Positions 9,638-19,863 of a DNA stretch of 64,000 nt are shown here, one piece after another (position 1 is the first letter of the stretch; every line of letters starts with the position of its first letter). A program made the translations under genes and the position numbers. The notes beneath the pieces are model-generated. The model did not search any database. It was given only the letters and a program-made list of their open reading frames with translations, and was not told the origin of the DNA. The DNA comes from an uncultured Gemmatimonadales bacterium (lineage in GTDB: Bacteria; Gemmatimonadota; Gemmatimonadetes; Longimicrobiales; RSA9): the NCBI GenBank assembly GCA_963741945.1, contig CAVUKA010000001.1:32001-96000 (forward strand). Direction: 5' to 3'.

Positions 9638-10642
9638 TCACGCAGATGCGCCGGCGCTCCGCAGGTCGCGGACGCTCGCCTCGATCTCCGACGGTGCGAC
9701 GGTGACCACGCCCGCCTTCCCCACTTCCACACCCGCCGCGTGCGTTGCCAGCAGCGCGCCCTCCTCCACCGTGCCACCGGCCGCGAGCGTTGCGGCAATG
9801 ACGGCCACGACCGTATCGCCGGCTCCCGAGACGTCGTAGACGGACCGGGCCACGGCGGGAACGCGCATGTGCACGCCCTCGCCCGTCATCAGCGCCATGC
9901 CTTCGGAGCCGAGTGTCACCAGCAGGTTCTCGCAGCCGAGGTGCTTGCGCGTCCGATCCATCCACTCCGGATCTCCGGCCTGGACGCGGGCACGAAGCGC
10001 GTCACCCAGCTCCGCACGGTTCGGCTTGAAAACCGTGCTCCCGCCATAGCTGAAGAAGTGCTTCGCCTTCGGGTCCACCACCACGGGTATGTCCCGGCGC
10101 CGCGCCACATCCATCGCCGCATCGATCACCCCGGGGACCAGCACCCCCTTGTCGTAGTCCTCGAGGACCACGGCCCCCGCGCCCGCTGCAAGCGATTCGA
10201 CGCGCTCGCACAGAAGGCTCACCGCTTCCGCTCCCAGCTCCCCGTCCTCTTCCCGGTCGTAGCGCGCCACCTGCTGATGGCCCACGAGCACGCGTGTCTT
10301 CATGGTGGTGGGCCGCCCCGGCACCTCCACCACGCCACTCGCCTCGATCCCCTGTGCTTCCGCCTCCTCGCGGAGCGTACGGCCGGCGGCATCGTCGCCG
10401 ACCACGCCAAGCATGGCGGCGTGCGCCCCCAGCGCCTCCAGGTTCGCCGCCACATTCGCCGCGCCGCCAAGCGCGCGCCACTCGTCCCGCACCCGGACCA
10501 CGGGAACGGGCGCTTCAGGGGAGATGCGCGACGCGCCCCCACGCAGGTACACGTCGAGCATCAGGTCGCCCACCACGAGGACGTGGACCGACCGGATCCT
10601 GCCGAGGAGATCCCTGGCTCTGTCGAGACTCAAACGGTGCAT
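9638..10642 (-). CDS. rfaE1: D-glycero-beta-D-manno-heptose-7-phosphate kinase (stand-alone HldE kinase domain)
   Basis: VGDLMLDVY...RISPEAPVPVV, GGAANVA, DYDKG, VDPK, DVSGAGDTV. Confidence 0.92.
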   Translation of the reverse strand: MHRLSLDRARDLLGRIRSVHVLVVGDLMLDVYLRGGASRISPEAPVPVVRVRDEWRALGGAANVAANLEALGAHAAMLGVVGDDAAGRTLREEAEAQGIEASGVVEVPGRPTTMKTRVLVGHQQVARYDREEDGELGAEAVSLLCERVESLAAGAGAVVLEDYDKGVLVPGVIDAAMDVARRRDIPVVVDPKAKHFFSYGGSTVFKPNRAELGDALRARVQAGDPEWMDRTRKHLGCENLLVTLGSEGMALMTGEGVHMRVPAVARSVYDVSGAGDTVVAVIAATLAAGGTVEEGALLATHAAGVEVGKAGVVTVAPSEIEASVRDLRSAGASA

Positions 10643-10765
10643 TCGGCCACAAACGTGGGCACGGAACTTGTGTCTGCGAGACCCGGCTTCCGGGCCGCCG
10701 GAAACGTACGCCGGCCCGCGGGGCGTGTAAAGAAACGGCGCCCCTTGCAACAGCGCTGGAGACAC

Positions 10766-11581
10766 ATGGACGGCATTGTCGCCAGAGCGGACAATTGGAT
10801 GCGGAGCACCGCGGCCGGTGTGCAGGAGTACTTCACGCTTGGCACGCGGGCGTCGCGCTTCGTCTTTGCGCGGCCGTTCTACTGGCGCGACACGCTCACG
10901 CAGATGGACCGCATGGGGGTGGGCTCGGTTCCGATCCTGCTGCTGACGGGGCTGTTCACGGGGATGGTGCTCGCGCTGCAGAGCGCGGTGTCGCTGCAGC
11001 GGTTCGGGGCGGACATCTACGTGGGAGCGCTGGTGAGCGCGTCCATGGTCCGGGAGCTGGGCCCGGTGCTGGCCGCGCTCATCTTCGCCGGGCGCGTGGG
11101 CTCGGGGATCGCCGCGGAGCTCGGGGCGATGCGGGTCACGGAGCAGATCGATGCGCTGCAGAGCTTCGGCACGGATCCGATCAAGAAGCTGGTGACGCCG
11201 CGGATCCTGGCCGGACTGATCATGGTCCCGCTGCTCACGGTGATGACGGACGCCGTGGGGATTTTCGGCGGACTGCTGGTATCGGTGTACCGGATCCAGG
11301 TCCCCGCCGACGCCTATCTGCGCGGCGTCTGGTCCACGCTGGCGCAGTCCGGGTTCCTTGTGGGAGTGTTCCCGCGGGACTTCGTGAGCGGGCTTGTGAA
11401 GCCGCTGGTGTTCGGCGGGCTCATCGCACTGACGGGCTGCTATTACGGGCTTTCGGCGGAGGGCGGCACCGAGGGAGTCGGAACGGCGACAACACGGGCG
11501 GTGGTGACCGCGTCCATCCTGGTCCTGGCGGTGGACTATTTCCTGACGCAGCTGCTGTTCATCCTTGTCCCGCTCCGTTGA
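10766..11581 (+). CDS. mlaE: MlaE family ABC permease
   Basis: RELGPVLAALIFAGRVGSGIAAELGAM..TEQIDAL; GGTEGVGTATTRAVV. Confidence 0.92.
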   Translation: MDGIVARADNWMRSTAAGVQEYFTLGTRASRFVFARPFYWRDTLTQMDRMGVGSVPILLLTGLFTGMVLALQSAVSLQRFGADIYVGALVSASMVRELGPVLAALIFAGRVGSGIAAELGAMRVTEQIDALQSFGTDPIKKLVTPRILAGLIMVPLLTVMTDAVGIFGGLLVSVYRIQVPADAYLRGVWSTLAQSGFLVGVFPRDFVSGLVKPLVFGGLIALTGCYYGLSAEGGTEGVGTATTRAVVTASILVLAVDYFLTQLLFILVPLR

Positions 11582-12453
11582 TGATGCGGGGCGCGGCGGA
11601 CCGGCTGGGTGACGAGAGCCACGAGGGTGAGCCGCTGGAGCGCGAGATCCTGAGGCGATCGATCCGGGCGGAGCTGGCCACGGACGAAGCGCGGGCCCCG
11701 GGTCCGGTGGCGCCGGGTCGGCCGGTGATCGAGCTGGAGGGGATCGACCTTTCGTTCGGGGACCTCCAGGTCCTGGAGGATTTCTCCCTGACGGCGAGAG
11801 AGGGGGAAACGCTCCTGGTGCTGGGCGAGTCGGGAATCGGCAAGTCCACCCTGCTGAAGCTGATCCTGCGCCTCCTGGTGCCGGACAAGGGGTGCATCCG
11901 GGTGTTCGGGAAGGAGATCACGGACCTGAGCTTCAAGGCGGCGCTGGAGCTGCGCCGGAGCATCGGCATGGTGTTCCAGAACGCAGCGCTGTTCGACTCG
12001 ATCCCCGTCTTCGACAACGTGGCGTATCCACTGCGGGAGAACACGAAGATGACGGACGCGGAGATCGAGGAAGTGGTCCGCGAGCGGCTCCGGTTCGTGG
12101 ACCTGGACCCTGACCGCGTGAGCCCGCAGCTGCCCGGCGAGCTGTCGGGCGGGATGAAGAAGCGGGTGGGCCTGGCGCGGGCGATCGCCACGGATCCGGA
12201 CGTGGTCCTCTATGATGAGCCCACTGCGGGGCTGGATCCGCTCACGGTGGGGACGATCGGCGATCTGATCCGGAAGCTGCAGCGGGAACGCGGCGTGACG
12301 TCGATCGTGGTTACCCACGATATCCGGGCGGGGTTCCGGGTGGCCACGCGCGTCAACCTGATCCGCAGTGGCCAGGTGGCTTTCGACGGCACACCGGAAG
12401 AAATGATCGCGCAGGACGACCGGTATATCCAGCGCTTTCTGGCGCTGAGCTGA
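11581..12453 (+). CDS. mlaF: MlaF family ABC ATPase
   Basis: Walker A GESGIGKS, MVFQNAALFDS, LSGGMKKRV, YDEPTAGLDP, VTHD; TGATG overlap with mlaE. Confidence 0.92.
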   Translation: MMRGAADRLGDESHEGEPLEREILRRSIRAELATDEARAPGPVAPGRPVIELEGIDLSFGDLQVLEDFSLTAREGETLLVLGESGIGKSTLLKLILRLLVPDKGCIRVFGKEITDLSFKAALELRRSIGMVFQNAALFDSIPVFDNVAYPLRENTKMTDAEIEEVVRERLRFVDLDPDRVSPQLPGELSGGMKKRVGLARAIATDPDVVLYDEPTAGLDPLTVGTIGDLIRKLQRERGVTSIVVTHDIRAGFRVATRVNLIRSGQVAFDGTPEEMIAQDDRYIQRFLALS

Positions 12454-12464
12454 GGGGGAACGGG

Positions 12465-13481
12465 ATGGAACGGGGGAAGCTGAACCGCGGGGGGCAGACG
12501 GCGCGTCGCGTGCGCGTGGGCATCCTGGCCGTCGTCTCCCTGCTCATCCTCGGCTACGGCATCTACGAGGTCGGGCGGCTGTTCGACGTCTTTGCCGAAC
12601 GCTACCCGCTCTACGCCATGGTCGAGAACTCCGGCGGGCTCATTGCCGGTGCGCCAGTGACGCTGGCCGGGCAGCGGATCGGCCAGGTGGACGCGATCAG
12701 GTTCATCCCCGTGGAGGAGCGGTCCGGAAATGCCAACATCAGCGTGCGCATCAGCGTGAGCGATGCGGTTCGCGACCAGATCCGCGAGGACAGTCGGGCC
12801 ACGCTCCGGACGCAGGGCCTGCTGGGGGACCGGTACGTGGACATCGCCCCCGGGAGCGCCAGCTCACCCATCCTCGGTCCCGGGGACACGGTTCCGACGG
12901 AGCCAGCCGTGGACTACGAGGAAGTGCTGCAGACGGCGTCGCAGGCGCTGGACCGGCTGCAGGGGATCATGGCGAACGTGGACACGCTGACGGCGCGGCT
13001 GACGCACGGAGAAGGGACGCTGGGCTCACTCATGACCGACGACCGGCTGTACGAGCGTATGGTCACGGCCACTACCGAGATGAGCGGACTGCTCCGAACC
13101 GTGAACCGCTCCGACGGGACCGTGAGCCGCCTCATCCGCGACCCGACACTCTACGACCGACTGGATGGGTCGCTGGCGCGATTCGACACTCTGCTTTCCA
13201 CGGTCACCGCGGGGCGTGGCACGCTGGGGCGGCTGGTGCGGGACGATTCCCTGTACCTGGAAGCGGCAGGCCTCCTGAGCCGGGCCGACTCGACGCTGTC
13301 GGGGGTGCAGGGATTCGTGGGCCAGCTCGGTCGCAGCAACGGAACGGTGGCCCGTCTCCTGGACGATCCGGCGCTGTACGACCAGCTGCTGAAGATGGTG
13401 GTGGACCTGCAGGGGCTGGTGGCTGAGATCCGGGCCGACCCGTCGAAGATCCGGCCCGAGGTCAAAGTGGACGTGTTCTAG
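12465..13481 (+). CDS. mlaD: MlaD/MCE family protein with long helical C-terminus
   Basis: N-terminal TM; MCE motif GLIAGAPVTLAG..IGQV and GLLGDRYVDI; four 'GT(L/V)xxLxxDxxLY' repeats. Confidence 0.88.
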   Translation: MERGKLNRGGQTARRVRVGILAVVSLLILGYGIYEVGRLFDVFAERYPLYAMVENSGGLIAGAPVTLAGQRIGQVDAIRFIPVEERSGNANISVRISVSDAVRDQIREDSRATLRTQGLLGDRYVDIAPGSASSPILGPGDTVPTEPAVDYEEVLQTASQALDRLQGIMANVDTLTARLTHGEGTLGSLMTDDRLYERMVTATTEMSGLLRTVNRSDGTVSRLIRDPTLYDRLDGSLARFDTLLSTVTAGRGTLGRLVRDDSLYLEAAGLLSRADSTLSGVQGFVGQLGRSNGTVARLLDDPALYDQLLKMVVDLQGLVAEIRADPSKIRPEVKVDVF

Positions 13482-14878
13482 TCCGCCGGGACAGCTGGCG
13501 GAAGGATCAGGGAGAAGGTGGAGCCGCGGCCGATCTCGGACTCCAGCTCGATCTCGCCGCCCAGAAGACGCGCCATCTCGCGGCTGATGGCCAGCCCCAG
13601 GCCGCTGCCCGGGCCATCGCGGCCGATGCGCTCGAACTCGTCGAAAATGCGGTCACGATCATCCATGGCGATCCCGGGGCCGGTATCGGAGACGGAGATC
13701 CGTGCCCCGCCCCGGTGTCGCCCGCCGGACGTCTCGAGCGGCTGCAGTTTGAGGCGGACGAGGCCGCCTGATGGCGTGTAGCGGATGGCGTTGGTGAGCA
13801 GGTTGCCCACCACCTCCCGGGCACGGCGCGGATCGGTGCGCCCGCGCACCGGCTCGGCGGGGAGCAGCAGCTCGAAACGCAGCCCGTGAGCCTCCGCCTC
13901 CGTACGGGTCTCCTCGGCGATCTCCTCCACCAGCCGCGAGAAGTCCACGTCCTTGGGCTCCACGGGGACTTCCCCCCGCTCGGCCCGGGCCAGGTGGAGG
14001 AGGTCGTCGATCAGCCGAACGGTGCTGCGGACGGAGCGCCGGATCGCCCGGAGCGACGATCGCTGCTCCTCACCCAGCGGCCCCTTGATTCCCGCTTCCA
14101 GCAGCTCCGCGTGGGCGTCGGCCGCGCCGAGCGGGTTCTTCAGGTCATGGCTGATGCCCCGTATGAGGCGGGCTCGCCGGGCGAGCTCGTGCTGCAGCTC
14201 CGCGTGATTCGTCTCCGCCGCCTCCACGAGATCCCGCAGCTGTCGACCCAGGATCGCGAGAGCGATGGCAGCGAGCGCAGCCAGCAGGATCATCATGCGG
14301 TTGACCCAGATCTCGGCCCGCTCCGCCCCCGCGATGTCGCTCCGCCGGAGGCGCTCCAGGAGCTGGATCGAGCGCCGAAGGCTGGCCGCCTCCTCCAGCA
14401 CGGCTTCCGGCAGCCCCTGGTCGCGCAGGAGCGCCGTCACGGAATCCTGCCTTGCGCCGGACGCGAGAGCAGCCCGGGCACCCACGTCCCATTCCTGCTC
14501 GCGCTCCACCAGCAGGCTCGCCTGGTGCTGAACTTCCACATCGAGCTGCATGGCGAGGGTGCGCAGCCGCCCTTCCGCCCGCCGCTCGGCCGTATCCAGG
14601 TGCCGGTACTCCGTCAGGAAGCTGGTGTCGCCCAGCAACGCATAGCCTCGCAGCGCCGCCAGCTGAAGCGCCACCGTTCTCTCGATCTCGGCCAGTGTGG
14701 CGATGGTCGGCTCGGCGACCTCGGTGATCTCGCTGCGGAGGGCGCGCGTCCGGACGGACACCACCACGGGGGTCACGGCCAGGGCGGCCAGGGCGACGGC
14801 GAGCGCAGCAATGGCCAGCCGAACGCGTCCGGTGACATGGGCACTCGTGGCCGGGGGCTTTCGCTGCCTGTTGGGCAC
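13478..14878 (-). CDS. membrane-bound sensor histidine kinase (orphan)
   Basis: Two TM segments; H-box ISHDLKNPL, N-box NLLTNAIRYT, DTGPGI, GSGLGLAI, GRGSTF. Start uncertain (GTG 14878 chosen). Confidence 0.88.
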   Translation of the reverse strand: MPNRQRKPPATSAHVTGRVRLAIAALAVALAALAVTPVVVSVRTRALRSEITEVAEPTIATLAEIERTVALQLAALRGYALLGDTSFLTEYRHLDTAERRAEGRLRTLAMQLDVEVQHQASLLVEREQEWDVGARAALASGARQDSVTALLRDQGLPEAVLEEAASLRRSIQLLERLRRSDIAGAERAEIWVNRMMILLAALAAIALAILGRQLRDLVEAAETNHAELQHELARRARLIRGISHDLKNPLGAADAHAELLEAGIKGPLGEEQRSSLRAIRRSVRSTVRLIDDLLHLARAERGEVPVEPKDVDFSRLVEEIAEETRTEAEAHGLRFELLLPAEPVRGRTDPRRAREVVGNLLTNAIRYTPSGGLVRLKLQPLETSGGRHRGGARISVSDTGPGIAMDDRDRIFDEFERIGRDGPGSGLGLAISREMARLLGGEIELESEIGRGSTFSLILPPAVPAD

Positions 14879-14964
14879 GGCTCGATTCCGGATCTGTAAA
14901 TCCTCATAAAGGTCATGGCTGCGCGCGCGATTTGCAACCTCCAGCGGTGCGCCGGAGCGTGCCC

Positions 14965-17508
14965 TCAGCGCCCGACCATGCCCCGCATGCCACCGCTCAC
15001 GAGCGTGGCGACATTGGTGAGGACGCGAGGAAGCGCAAGACCGCCGGGGGAGGCGATGTAGCGGGGCTCCCAGACCGGACCGAACTTCTCCTTGTACTCG
15101 CGCAGCCCTTCGAAGTTGTAGAACTGCTCGCCGTGGTGGAACAGCGCGGCCCCGAGGCGTGCCCAGAGCGGTGCCAGGTGACGGTCCTCGAGTCCGGCGA
15201 GCGGCGCCATTCCGAGGCTGAACCATTCGAAGCCCGTCTTCTGTCCCCAGAGCAGGAGCTGGACGAACAGGAACTCCATGGTGCTGGGCGGGGCGCCTGC
15301 GGCATAGCGCATGAGGTCGACCGACAGCTCGTGGCGGTCCGCGCCCTGGAGGACGTTGGCGAACGCGACGATCTCGGAATCGACCTCCACGACGGCCACG
15401 TTGGTGGCCTGCAGGTACTCGGGCTGGAAGAAGCCGAGGGAAAAGCCTTTCTCCCGGGTGGCCTTGCCCTCGAGCCAGTCGTCGGAGATCGCGCGGAGCC
15501 GCGGCAGGACCGAGGGCACCTCGTCGGGCGGGAGGACGCGGAAGGCGCCCCCCCTCTCCTCCATCTTGCGGACGGTATAGCGCATCCCCTTGCGCCGCCC
15601 TCCCTCGAGGGAGAAGGAGGCGAGTGGAACGCGAGCCTCCTCGCCGATCTTGGTGAGCGCGAGTCCGAGGTCGATGTAGAGCGGCAGGTGCCCGGGCTCG
15701 ACCTGATAGAAGACGGGGTAGTCGCCGTGGCGATGCGCCTGCTCCAGGAACTGCCAGGCCAGCTCGCGCGCGGCCGGCGCGGGTCCGACGGGGTCGCCCA
15801 TGGCCACCCAGCTCCGGCCTTCCACGCCGTACATGACGAACGCGGTCCGATGGTCGTCGAACAGGAAGTGCTTGTCCCCGAGCAGGGCGAGCTGGGCATA
15901 GGCCCGTGGCGAAGCGCGAGCGATGCGGGTGGCCGTGTCCACGTCATCGGGGAGCGGGAGCAGCGCCGCCGGCCGCGCGGGGGTCAACAGCCTGGCGAGC
16001 GCGAACGTGCCCACGGCCGTGAGCGTGCCGACGGTGGCGCGAAGGAAGCGGGGTGCGTCGGCATCGCGGGCGAACCTCCACCAGAGCGCGTCGGTGTAGA
16101 CCACGTTCTTGTAGGCGAGGAGCCCGAGCCCGACCGTGGCGATGAGAGCGCCCACCACTGCGGCGGCCCAGGTGGCCGTGAACGGCTCTGCCATGAGCGA
16201 AGCGCGGCGATAGAACTCGCCCCGGCTGGCCACCAGGGCAGCGGTCGTGATGGCCAGAAAGATGGCCTCCTCGTAGTCCAGCCCCTTCAGGAGCGTGAAC
16301 ACGATCCCGGTGACCATCAGCGTCACCGCGAGGTGGTAGGCCGCGTCGAGCCGGCGCTGGATGCCCCAGGCCAGGACGAGCAGCCCGCCACCGGCCACGC
16401 TGGCAAGGAAGTGGGACGCCTCGATGAGTCCGAGCGGGAACACGTCGTTCAGCCAGCGCAGCCGTCCACCCATGGCGGGCGTGGAGCCTGAAAACAGGAG
16501 CACCAGCCCCGCCACGAAAGTGGCAATGGCCATGGCCTGCGGCACGACCACGGCCAGACCGCGGCCGACCACGCCCGCGGCGCGACCGATCTCCCGCCTC
16601 CGTCGTCCGGCTTCGAAAGCGCCGAGGGCTGCGACGGCGGCCAGGAGGGGCAGGAGGTAGTAGACGGCACGGTACACGAGGAGGGAGCCGAGGAGCGCGC
16701 CGTGCCCGATGTCGTCCGGAAGGAGCGTGAGGATCACGGCCTCGAAGACGCCGAGCCCTCCGGGCACGTGGCTGACGAGGCCAGCCACCTGCGCCAGGAG
16801 GAAGATCCCCAGGAAGCCGGGGTAGCTGAGGCCCGTGTGGGGAGGGAGGATCACGAAGAGAACGGCGGCGGCGGCCGCCCAGTCCGCCATGGAGACCACC
16901 AGCTGCGCCAGGGTCAGCGCGGGGCCGGGCGGCGAGATGCGCCATCCTCCCACCTGCATCCCGCCGCGTCCCCACACGCCCCAGAGGACGTACGCGGCAG
17001 CGAGGAGTGCGAAGACGATGCCGAGGGGGCGGGTGGGGAGGCCGAGCAGGCGCGGCAGGTGGACGGGCGAGAGGAACAGGGCCACGCCGCCGAGCGCCAG
17101 GAATCCGATCCAGAACGAGGCCGTGTAGAAGGCGACCAGGTCACGGATGCGGGCGGCTTCGACCTCCCAGGCGGTGTAGAGGCGGTAGCGGACGGGAGCC
17201 CCGGTGAGCAGCGGGAATCCGAGGGCATTGCTGAAGGCGTAGCCGATGAACGACGCGAGCGCGGTGCGGGCGTAGCGGAGCGGGTGCCCCGCGTAGCGGA
17301 GGCCGAGGGCGTCGTAGGTGCTCAGGATGAGGAAGCTTCCGATGGTGAGCAGGACCGCGAGCACCACGTGGCCGGCGGGGAGCGCGGCCACGGCCGTGCG
17401 GACCTCCGACCACCGGAACTCCCGCATCTCGTGATGGATGGCCAGGACCGCGACGACCAGGAACGGGAGCGCCAGCAGCGGTTCGAAACGCTTCCACCAC
17501 GACTTCAC
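14965..17508 (-). CDS. mprF: bifunctional aminoacyl-phosphatidylglycerol flippase/synthase
   Basis: Polytopic N-terminus with SHVPGGLGVFE; C-terminal DUF2156 domain with MGDPVG, KIGEEA, EKGFSLG, VDLMRY, FSLGMAPL, YNFEGLREYKEKF. Confidence 0.95.
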   Translation of the reverse strand: MKSWWKRFEPLLALPFLVVAVLAIHHEMREFRWSEVRTAVAALPAGHVVLAVLLTIGSFLILSTYDALGLRYAGHPLRYARTALASFIGYAFSNALGFPLLTGAPVRYRLYTAWEVEAARIRDLVAFYTASFWIGFLALGGVALFLSPVHLPRLLGLPTRPLGIVFALLAAAYVLWGVWGRGGMQVGGWRISPPGPALTLAQLVVSMADWAAAAAVLFVILPPHTGLSYPGFLGIFLLAQVAGLVSHVPGGLGVFEAVILTLLPDDIGHGALLGSLLVYRAVYYLLPLLAAVAALGAFEAGRRRREIGRAAGVVGRGLAVVVPQAMAIATFVAGLVLLFSGSTPAMGGRLRWLNDVFPLGLIEASHFLASVAGGGLLVLAWGIQRRLDAAYHLAVTLMVTGIVFTLLKGLDYEEAIFLAITTAALVASRGEFYRRASLMAEPFTATWAAAVVGALIATVGLGLLAYKNVVYTDALWWRFARDADAPRFLRATVGTLTAVGTFALARLLTPARPAALLPLPDDVDTATRIARASPRAYAQLALLGDKHFLFDDHRTAFVMYGVEGRSWVAMGDPVGPAPAARELAWQFLEQAHRHGDYPVFYQVEPGHLPLYIDLGLALTKIGEEARVPLASFSLEGGRRKGMRYTVRKMEERGGAFRVLPPDEVPSVLPRLRAISDDWLEGKATREKGFSLGFFQPEYLQATNVAVVEVDSEIVAFANVLQGADRHELSVDLMRYAAGAPPSTMEFLFVQLLLWGQKTGFEWFSLGMAPLAGLEDRHLAPLWARLGAALFHHGEQFYNFEGLREYKEKFGPVWEPRYIASPGGLALPRVLTNVATLVSGGMRGMVGR

Positions 17509-17568
17509 GGATCACGCCTCCGGTGTGGGATCAGGAGGGCCCCAATATGCGCAAGCGACGCGGCCGCG

Positions 17569-18885
17569 TCATCCCTGCCGGCCTGGCCGTCGCGAGCCGC
17601 GGCCTCCCACCTCACGCCAGACAGGGAGCAGGTCCTCCCGGACCACGTCCGCCCAGGTGGGCCAGATGCGCTCGATCCGCCGGCGGGCCGCAGCCCCGGC
17701 CGCCGCGCGGCGCGCTTCGTCCACGAGGAGCGGGCGCAACGCGGCCTCCCATGCTTCCACGGTGTCCTCCTCGACGATCACGCCCGCCGCCACCACGCCG
17801 ACCCGACCGGCACCGGCCACCCGCTCGGCGCAGGACGTCCCGGCCGCGACCACTGCCGGAAGACCGGAAGACAGCGCCTCGATGACCACGTTGCCGACCG
17901 TCTCGGAGCGGGATGGGAAGGCGAAGACATCGGCCGCGGAATACAGTTCGGCGAGGGCCTGCTGCGTGAGCACACCGAGGCACGACACGTCGCTTCCGAG
18001 CAGCGCTTCCAGGTCGGGCACCCGGGTTCCTTCTCCGGCCACCACGAAGTGAACCGAAACGCCCGTGTCCCGCAGCCGCCGGACCGCGCGGCCGGCCAGC
18101 ATCACGCCCTTGCTGTCGTCCACACGCCCCGCGAACAGGACCAGGGGAGAATCGGGGAGGCCATGGCGCTCGCGCACGGCCGCGGTGGCATGCGGGCGGG
18201 GTTGGAACCGGTCCCGGTTGACGCCCCGGCGAAGGCGGCGGATGCGGTCGGCCGGCACCACGTCCGCCGCCCAGCGGCGGTCGCGCGCATTGGACACGTA
18301 GATGATGCGGCTGTCGCGCATGATCCTCTCCACCCCCCGCCGCGTCGCGCGCGCCGCACGCTCGTGCAGCCGCAACCGGTCGAGGGCGAGATGGTCCAGC
18401 CGCAGGCGACCCGCGAGGCCATGCCCCAGGGCCCGGGTGATGATCCGCCGGGCATACACGCGAGTGAAGCGCGGGAGGTGCGTGTGCAGGGAGAAGACCA
18501 GGGGCAGCCCGGTGCGTGAGGCAATGCGGCGGGCCGTCCGTCCGAACGCGAAGGAATCGGTGGCATGGAGAACGTCGTGGCTCGGGAGGGCGCGCGCGAG
18601 GGCGGCGTGGTGCGGTGCGAGGTCCGTGTCCCCCGCGCCCTGCCTCAGGAGCGCGAATCGGTTGGTGCCGAGCCGGGGCGGGAGCGTGATGTAGCGGGTG
18701 GAGGGCCCGAGCGGCTCGGTGTCTTCGTGGTCGCCCAGGAAGTAGACGGTGAGGTCCAGCCCGGGCTCATCCACGGCCGCTTCGGCGAACCGCTCCCAGC
18801 ACTTGACGTGCCCGCCCGCCTCGGGTCCCCGCTGCAGCGTCACGAGCACCCCCACGGAAATGGGCAAGGGGGCGCGGGTGTTCAC
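17569..18885 (-). CDS. glycosyltransferase, GT4 (GT-B) family
   Basis: LFAGRVDDSKG, ADVFAFPSRSETVGNVVIEALSSGLP (EX7E). GTG start overlaps the squalene synthase stop (GTGA). Confidence 0.88.
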   Translation of the reverse strand: MNTRAPLPISVGVLVTLQRGPEAGGHVKCWERFAEAAVDEPGLDLTVYFLGDHEDTEPLGPSTRYITLPPRLGTNRFALLRQGAGDTDLAPHHAALARALPSHDVLHATDSFAFGRTARRIASRTGLPLVFSLHTHLPRFTRVYARRIITRALGHGLAGRLRLDHLALDRLRLHERAARATRRGVERIMRDSRIIYVSNARDRRWAADVVPADRIRRLRRGVNRDRFQPRPHATAAVRERHGLPDSPLVLFAGRVDDSKGVMLAGRAVRRLRDTGVSVHFVVAGEGTRVPDLEALLGSDVSCLGVLTQQALAELYSAADVFAFPSRSETVGNVVIEALSSGLPAVVAAGTSCAERVAGAGRVGVVAAGVIVEEDTVEAWEAALRPLLVDEARRAAAGAAARRRIERIWPTWADVVREDLLPVWREVGGRGSRRPGRQG

Positions 18886-19838
18886 GCGGGGCGGAAGGCC
18901 GGCGCGTCGTCCTGCTGGAGGCGGATGACGGGCCGTCCGAGGCGGAGGTCTGCCTTGAGACGCGCCATGATGGCCCACACCCTGGTGCGCGAGATCTTGC
19001 TTCCCGGTCCGTCCTCCTCCACACGGTCGAGCGTAGCCATCGCCAGGAGCACTGGCAGGGCATTGAAGGCCACGATCCCATCGGCGGCGCCGGCGGCCTG
19101 GAGAGCCAGCGTGTACTCGGCCGCCTGCCGGAGGTCGCCGCGCGCGAGCCTGAACAGCTCACCCCGCGCCACGGACTCCGGGACCAGGGCCCTGCCCTCG
19201 CGTACGTCCGCGGAGGCGTCCCGGAGCACGTTCACCAGCTGGAGCGCTTCACCGAACGCGCGCGCCCTGCGCCGGAGCCTGGGTCCGAGGCCATCATCGG
19301 CGCAATCGAGCAGGAAGAGCTCGGTCAGCATCTCGCCGACGATGCCCGCCACGGCGTAGCAGTACGCGCGCAGCTCCTCGAGATCGCGCAGGCGCAGGAC
19401 GCCATCGGCGTCGGCGCGCCGAAGGAAGGAGGCCATGCCGCGGCACGTGCGGACCGTGTGGCTCGCGATGATGTGGGCGGCATCCTCCCGCGTCTCCGCG
19501 AGCGCTTCGAAAACGATGGGGGCTTCCCGGAGCAGGTGCAGGTAGCCGTCGTGCTCCACGGGCGCGTTCTCGCTCCATGCGCGGGCGAGCGCCCGCATGC
19601 GGAGCGGCCCCGCATCCGTTTCCAGGGCGCGGGCCATCCGCTCGAGAGCATCGATCCGCTCCTGGACGGGCCACCGGGTGGAGTCCTCGAACGTATCGGC
19701 GATGCGGAAGAGAAGGTACGCTTCCGTGACTTCGGTACAGAGAGGGTCGGGAAGCAGCGGGATCGCCAGTGCGAACGTGCGACTGGTCTCCTCCAGGAGC
19801 GACTGCAGCTGCTCGGCGCGGGGGGTTGCAGTGTTCAT
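18882..19838 (-). CDS. squalene synthase (single-enzyme farnesyl-diphosphate farnesyltransferase type)
   Basis: TSRTFALAI, YLLFRIADTFED, YCYAVAGIVG, LQLVNVLRDASAD; lies in the shc operon. Confidence 0.85.
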   Translation of the reverse strand: MNTATPRAEQLQSLLEETSRTFALAIPLLPDPLCTEVTEAYLLFRIADTFEDSTRWPVQERIDALERMARALETDAGPLRMRALARAWSENAPVEHDGYLHLLREAPIVFEALAETREDAAHIIASHTVRTCRGMASFLRRADADGVLRLRDLEELRAYCYAVAGIVGEMLTELFLLDCADDGLGPRLRRRARAFGEALQLVNVLRDASADVREGRALVPESVARGELFRLARGDLRQAAEYTLALQAAGAADGIVAFNALPVLLAMATLDRVEEDGPGSKISRTRVWAIMARLKADLRLGRPVIRLQQDDAPAFRPA

Positions 19839-19863
19839 GGCTCTCCCGGTGCACGGAACGTTG

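Noticed and set aside
13478-13481. Convergent mlaD and kinase genes sharing the palindromic CTAG as both stop codons
   Set aside because: Real, but a common compact arrangement with no evident functional implication.
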